DNA of 64,000 nucleotides from Glycera tridactyla (lineage: Eukaryota), in the NCBI GenBank assembly GCA_965644265.1, contig OZ286464.1, positions 91,946,001 to 92,010,000 of the forward strand, given 5' to 3'. Within the stretch, counting starts at the first letter, position 1, and the number at the start of each line of letters is the position of its first letter. The notes under the pieces were generated by a model. The model saw only the letters and a list, made by a program, of their open reading frames with translations, was not told where the DNA came from and did not search any database. Positions 56,828 to 64,000 of the stretch are shown here, one piece after another. The position numbers and the translations under genes were made by a program.

Positions 56828-59800
56828 TTTTTAAGTCTGCAATTTACAATTAACGCCCCCCCCCCCCCCCCCCATCCCCCTCGGAATATCTCATGACAAG
56901 GCAAGACGTAGCTGTTGCTGGTGGCCATTGTCTGATGCTGCTGCAACTGCAAATATTCACTGGGAAAGGTTTGTGCACAGATTATGGCGGCTACCTTGTA
57001 AGATGACTGACGTCAAGATTCAGAATCTGTTGTGAAATGAATGGATTATTCCAATGGTACTACTGGTACTTTTTTCTGAAATTGCAGAAATCACTTCAAA
57101 AGTGGCATAGTGAACATAATTCCAGTTTCATGTTCAAACCATCATCTGGACTTCTCCAGAACATCAGTAGCCCACAATATACAATGCAAATGGAAATCAT
57201 TGGAATAACTCTTGGATGGTCTGGTTTCCGGCGTTCAGAGCGCATGCTGGTTGTCTACATTCCAACAGAGCCACGGGATGTTCCCCTTTATACATCAAGA
57301 TGGGACTGGATGCTTTCAAATCAACTGCCAGCTTGTTCTATGAAGCAAGACACAGTCACCTTTTACACTCTCACAATCTCACAGATCACACCTTGGAAAA
57401 TGGGAACAAAGCCGTCCACAACTGAGCTCACTCCCTCTGATGGGTATCAACTAAAGCTTCCATTTTGGGAATGTGCATATGAATTCTTGCCCCTTATACC
57501 ACAGATCAATTGTTTGAGTGGCATGATTAATGATCAAATAATGGAACAAAGTACCCACATACTGGTGAAGCTATGACAACAAAATAAAAATCACCATAAA
57601 TCACTTTGTATATGAAGTAGTCTCTCATCAAAGGTATTCATAACTACTCTGTATATGCCCTGAGAAGTAGCCAGAGATCAGTGTTAGTTTGGGGAACCAG
57701 TAAATTCAATTGTAATCTTCTACATCTGAGGAATGAATCAGCCATCACTGGTTACCGGCCTCATGCAGTTTACTGGCACTTCTATCTCCTGGGAGACAGA
57801 CATCTGTTTTGAAACAAATAGATTTTTCTATGGAATGGAACATGTCATGCAAAAAGACATCTGACAAGAGATTGAATGCTTCGCAAGCAGATTTCTATCC
57901 TAATTTATCGCAAGAATGATCTCTATCATTATTGACCTACATCATTTGTCCATGTGATGACTCCCTTGTACAAGCTTTATACTTTCTTACCCCATGTACA
58001 CAGTATACCCTTATGTACACATTATAATTGTACGTGGAATAAATGAGATCACCTGACGAAACAAGGTTTCCATTCACTGATGAAAGGTGTTGGATGAATC
58101 CCGAAAGCTTCGTTATCAAACTATCACTGTGAGTAACATGAATGTCCACATCTTGAGACTAATCATCAACTCAAATGCTTAGTTAATTATGTGCATACTT
58201 AATGACAGCTACACAGCCCTACAAGGCATTCCTAGTTTTGTCATCAGGCAGATGCCTTACAGTAATCAGCTTTCATAGGAAATATGGGTGAAGCAACAAG
58301 CCTGTCTTGTGTTGGCTGAACTGACTAGCCACAGGCACAGGTTTTCATCAAATGCCAATGAGAATATGCAGCTAATTTTGGTCAAACCCGTTGAAATTAA
58401 TGTCATTACTATCATCATTGTTTCTGTCATTTCCCAGTGATTGATATCAAATTGTCAAAAAAGTACAATAATGCTCTGTGTCCATGTCTTTCCCAAGTTT
58501 CCAGCCTGAAAATGAATTCCAACCAATCATCAGTAGTAATTTCCATGATGGCTGCCCTATGCAGTTCAAGCACAATCTTTGGAATACATGTACATATGAA
58601 ATCATATCAATTTAACCCGGCAGTCCTCCAGGGCACCCAATTACACATGAAGTCAGTATCAATAGCCAGTCTTTCATTCATAGAGGTGAATAAAGTATAA
58701 GGAATAGGGAGCCCAACAGAATCCATGAAGAGATGGTGCAGAATATAAGAAGGGAAAATGACCTCCTACAACTGAAAACCAAATAGATTCCTACCTCAGG
58801 ATCTACCACCTACATCCATGAAGATATATACTGTCTAATGACAGAGTGTAACACCAACCAACTACCCACAGACAGATCATGTCCTTCAAAAGATGGCACA
58901 GTGTTTTCTAACAGGAAATGGCCTCGTAAGATTGAGAAAGTAACAGCCTCTCACCTTAAAGACTACTGCATGTACCAAAATCCCAAATAATGTTGTTCAT
59001 TGACAGATTTTTAATTCATCTGGCCACAAGGAATCTATGTCAACTGAAGGATGGTACCAGTTTTTAATGAGGGAATGATCTTATAGAAGTGAGAGGAAAC
59101 TGATTTTTACCTAAAACATCCCAAATGATGTTGTTCATTTTGATTAAATCACCAACTAACACCACTGAATATTATCATAAGTGAAAAAGGTGATACCACA
59201 TTCATCCCGCACAATGACAATGACAGCAGGACCATGAACAGCCAAGGCAAAGTTTGACAAGTCATCAGTGAAATACCAGGTCGGGGTTTCGGGCACTTTA
59301 AATTTCAGACCCCTGAAGAAGGGAGACGTGGCGGCCCAGCCAAGATTGAAGGAATGTGATCTAAATCAAAAGCAGTGAACATGCTTTCCTTTCAGATGTT
59401 TCCCCCTGGCAGTCAAACGTGGCCTCCAAATCACCTCACCCTTTACACTGCCATTCAGTCCAAATTCCAACAAAAGCATGGATCCATGCTCATCTGATAA
59501 AATCATCAAGGGGAAAATGGCTTTGTGCATTTCCACGGCAGTCTCTCCTTTGCAATATCATGATTCCACCAGTAAACATAGCCCAGTGTTATATCTAATC
59601 ATGTCAGCAATAGATTTGAGAGATTTCTCCAGTCCAAAATTTAAAATACATACAGATTATGCCATTTTCTGTGCATTCTCTTGAGAGCGGCAACATTATT
59701 CCTGGATGAAGAAGACACCCAATTTGATGGAGTTCTATGAAAGGAAACAAGTGCAGGCCTCAGGAACCCAACAAGGCCTGACAATTGCTACTTCTATGAA

Positions 59801-62800
59801 GATTCAGTGCACTCCATTGCTCATTTTTCAGTAGTTTGTCCCAAAAATGAGTAGTATCTGACCATGGTTGAATCACCCCAAGTCACCAATAATGAAGATG
59901 CCAAACCAGCTCCCACAAGTGGGTCATACTTACTGCCTCTGATGTTGACTGAAAAAGAATATCACTCAAGAGATGAAATGATGCACACAGCATACCTCAA
60001 GCCCAGTCAATCTCCTCCTTCATTCACAATCTTCTCTGGCACATCCTACACTTTATGCTGGAATAAGTCCCTTTAACAACATTTTCAATGAACTAAAGAG
60101 GTAGGAGATATACATACTCCTGAGTGTAAGTGTAGGTCCTGATTCATGTCATGATGTGTTGTGTGGCTGTGTGTGAAGCTGAGATTCATCCTACCATTTC
60201 AAAATTCATAACCACCAACTTTGTATGCTTTTTCACTAACAGGGTTGCAACCAGGATTTTCAGAATTGGCAGCATTTGACCCTTGAAGTTTGTGAGAAGA
60301 AACTATTTCCCAACAAAATCTTCCGAAATGGTTCACTCAATGGGGAGTGAGTGAACCCTATAAGCTGATTTAGGGGGACTTTGCGGCCTTTAGTTGCCTT
60401 GAAATAGGACCAATACTCAATAAATTGTGTGAAATTCCCCCATGCCACCGCGCACTCCTATCTCAAGCTGCAACCTGATTTCTTTCTCGTCAGCAAGGCT
60501 CTATCACAATCTGTGGAAGCCTTCAAATCTATGTGCAGTCATGTATGGATGCTGGCCTCCCATCTTGATGACATTTCAGCGTTTACTCTCTTTTCTTTGC
60601 AGAAGAGACTCACCCTCCAAGTAGCGCTTCATTCCAGCTCTTGCATGACATTTCAACTAGTCTCTTTTCTTTGCAGGAGAAAGTCACCCTTCAAGTAGCG
60701 GAGAGATGATCTGCTCAGACGTTGATTGGATTGATTGAATTTGGGTCTCGATTCTCCTTATCCATTATACATTACTTATTGCTTTCCAGTTTAAACAAGA
60801 CATAATTCATCATCAAATGCATTTTGATTGGACAATCATGTTTTCATCAACATCTTTGAATATATTAGTCTCTCTTTTGACTATTTCACAGAAGAAGATG
60901 AGCCTCACATAAAAAGCATACCAGTCATAATCCGTAGTTCATCTACACATGAACTTTGATTACGATCAATTCATCATGTGAAGTCAATCAAATCTAACTG
61001 ATTCCCAATATAGGCACTGATCTCTGACACTACCTTCAAGTATATGTGTATTAGTCTTTCTCCTGTGAAGAATATTGAAATATCTCCATCATCACTTATG
61101 TATTTCAGAATGAAATATGCTTCTTCTGCCACAGTCCCCGTGATAGTTACAGGGCTGTTTGTGAGCAGAATGTACAATATTTCTGGATGACTGCAACCCA
61201 TAGAATGTACAAATGTAGACAAGAGACACATGAGTATGCAGGCAGATAACAAAGATGCTGTAATATTGTAGCAAGACAGAGCTTGTAAGTTTGAATATCT
61301 CTCATTCTCCAGTAATTGAATACATTGTAATATAGTTATATATTTGAAAAGTAGATGATTTGTTACCAAAGCAACAATCGCAAGTGAACTATACATGCCT
61401 GACCCACCACCCTATCGCGTTATAGCTGGTTGGAGTCTCAACTTCTCCTGGGGTCTGTGTCAGCAAAGTTGTGGCATACTCATGATTGGTGCAGGTACAC
61501 TCACGCACCATGATGAAACCACAGCGACTGCAACTCCCATAAGGTTTCAGCACATCCATAGCTCAACAACTCACACCTGAGATGTGCACATTCAAGTCGC
61601 TTCCCTCGATTCTAGTTGTGAGATTATTTGTATTGGGTTTTGAAACTACAAATCAATGCCACCTACTTTGGATCAGTTTCATTGAATTCCATTTTTAGCA
61701 AGATAAAACTCTTGGCTTGTCATTCTTTTATGTTCATATTTTGAGGTTGGTAATTTGACAACATTTACACCAATAAACAATATCAAAACTCATGCAGGGA
61801 TTTTCAGGGACAATGCCCCCTAATTAAATAAAAAAAGATGATTCTTAAAGACTCTTAGTTTCAATCAATTTCAAGCTATGGCAGCCAACTGAGAAATGTT
61901 CTAGCTTTGATCTGACCAACGATGGCAGACTGCACATCACAGCTTCATCATTTCTTCAATACCATTCATGTAAGATTTATTTCCGTGGTCGACATACGTA
62001 ATGAAGTCAGTCACACTCATCCCAATGGTGTGATCAAATTCAACCGGAATCCATTATTTCAAATGCATAATTTGTGGACCTAAATCAAGGCTGTGAGTTT
62101 CTAGGTAAGAAAATTTGGTGGGAATAATAGTGCTCTGTAAAGAACAGTAGTTCCACCTCTCCTGACACGCCTTTTCATTTCAATAGCCATGTCAGTCACC
62201 ATCCAACATGTCATCAGATCTGTTTTCTTCAAGTGAGAAATGAAAATCAATTTAACAATCAGAATAAATTTGATTTAATTGATTCCAATAGTAAGTATGA
62301 ATACCTAACACTATTCAATTTTACTGACACTTCCTAAATAATGCTGGCAACTTTGGATTTTCACAAATGGGTTGGGTATGAAGCTTATAGAAAGAATAAT
62401 TTCCATATTGTGGCGACCACTACACCTAGAACTCCATTTCACTCCCAGTCACTGAGAATCTAGCCTTCATTCTGGTATTTGCAGTCAAAAACTCTTCACC
62501 GATTCCCCAACTTTCATTTCCCAATAATAAAAAGGCAGTCAGCCTCGCAACAAAACAAGCCAGACTCAGAAGATGAAAAACAAATTCGTGAGAGCCCTCT
62601 GTAGTATAAGAGCAAGATCCCCAGGTTGTGACACAGAAAACTACTATTTCACAGGGAAATATGGCAAAAGGCATTTGCAGAGCCAAAAGCGATATTCCAT
62701 GGCAACCCAGCTATATAATGCGGGTCCTCTGCACAGTAAAGACATACAATAATAATGCTATATTTGCCAGCATAGCCACGATGCTGTGAAGGGTGTCCAC

Positions 62801-64000
62801 AAATCCTAATATACTTACATAGAGTTCACCATGCTACAAAAGGAAACATGGCTCAATCGATGAATTACCTTCACAGAAGCTGCCCCCACAGATAGAGGTC
62901 CAGCAGTCTTCACACCTCGTCATGCTGGATGCCTTGACCAACCGGTCATCAATGCAATCAGAGCATAAATTAGGCACACATTCTGGATGACAGACACATC
63001 CAGGGTTGCATCCAGGGGTATAGCGGGGCATTTCGCACATTTTATTGTGTGTTGGCCCCTTTTGAAGGCAGTCAAGATACACAGCAACCTTCTCAATAAG
63101 CAAACTGGTTGCACTCATTCCATATTGAGTACAGTAAGACCATCTATGGAAATTTCATGTTCGCTTGAGATTTATGGGCCAAATGTCCCCAATTATGGAG
63201 ATCTTGGATGCAATCCTGAAACTCTTCAATGTACACACTGAAGAGATTTCCTCAAGCAAGACTTCATATATTTGTTGCAAAGTCATAGATATGCAATCAT
63301 GAAGGACTTTGAAGATGAATTTGAGTACAACAGTCACCTAGGATACATGAATGAAAAATTCGATTTGAATAATCCTAAGGTAGCAGACACAGACATGAAA
63401 TGCCACCCATATATCGTTGATTGCTTATAAATGCAAGGCAAAACCTGCTTTAAGACAGTAATCATGTCAAAATATTCAAAGAAGGGAGAGCACTACAACA
63501 TCAGCATAAGATTAGCAAAACAAAGTCCAATCCTGATGGGTACGTTTTTCACATGTTTTTCACCATCATATCGCAAATTTGCACCAGATTGGAATGGAAC
63601 TAACTGACAGACAATTGTTGACATCCCCAGCAACTAGGAATGTGATCTCAACGAAGTTCCCTTGTATATTTCAACACACAGAGCCAAATATGTTGATTTC
63701 ATTCTGGTTTCAATGTGGGTGCAGTGGCCGTATCTCTGATGATTCATATACAAGGATTTGTCAATAATGCTGGTGATTTTGCCATAAAAATGCTCTTAAA
63801 TGATGGCGAATCATCTCCAAAAGCAGGCTGACTACCAGAAACTAGGTCCAATGATTGCTGGAAGTTTTATACAAAGAATTCATGCCCTCAAGAGTTGGGT
63901 GATAACTAGTGAAACGTACCCGCCATGTTTGGATTTGAGAAGGTATAGCTGCACATGCAGGCAGGCAGCCAGTCAGTCAGATCATCTCGCTGACGGACCA

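Noticed and set aside
57037-57576. 179-aa plus-strand ORF, the longest outside the DIRS and cadherin
   Set aside because: No recognisable domain, no supporting splice structure and atypical composition; treated as a chance ORF or unrecognisable remnant.
58050-58115. Hammerhead-like CTGATGA...GAAA and CTGACGA strings
   Set aside because: No properly placed stem II closing pair or cleavage-site stem could be formed.
59500-59560. ENGFVHFHG as a Rep/Helitron HUH motif
   Set aside because: Isolated 9-aa match in a short frame with no helicase or other Rep motifs nearby.
52325-64000. Search for the signal-peptide and first EC1 exon of the cadherin
   Set aside because: Candidates near 53620-53670, 56284-56484 and 56880-56945 lack cadherin motifs or a usable donor. 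The 5' exons are probably beyond the window or in the 56669-56827 gap.

Overview
Eukaryotic (invertebrate-animal-like, AT-rich, intron-rich) genomic DNA with four N gaps. The dominant feature is a large minus-strand non-classical cadherin gene resembling Cadherin-87A (CDH23/PCDH15-related). I could splice 31 consecutive GT-AG exons (52324 down to 17387) in consistent phase into 13 EC repeats (EC1 partial), a membrane-proximal domain and a TM helix. Three larger cytoplasmic exons follow (9912 to stop at 7245). The 5' exons were not found, and the juxtamembrane cytoplasmic region appears to be built from unresolved very small exons. One intron holds an essentially full-length 5.67-kb DIRS1-type tyrosine-recombinase retrotransposon (gag, RT-RNaseH-methyltransferase, YR; ITRs, internal complementary region, AATG core at both ends). 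Other introns hold a Penelope-like GIY-YIG fragment, CR1/L2 LINE remnants, many TA-flanked CAGT..ACTG MITEs and two large minisatellites that both sit on splice donors. One of these amplifies the exon end plus the donor 17 times. A probable terminal exon of a convergent plus-strand membrane-protein gene lies at 737-875. No rRNA, tRNA or CRISPR was found. All splicing, domain and family calls were made by eye and not checked by search.
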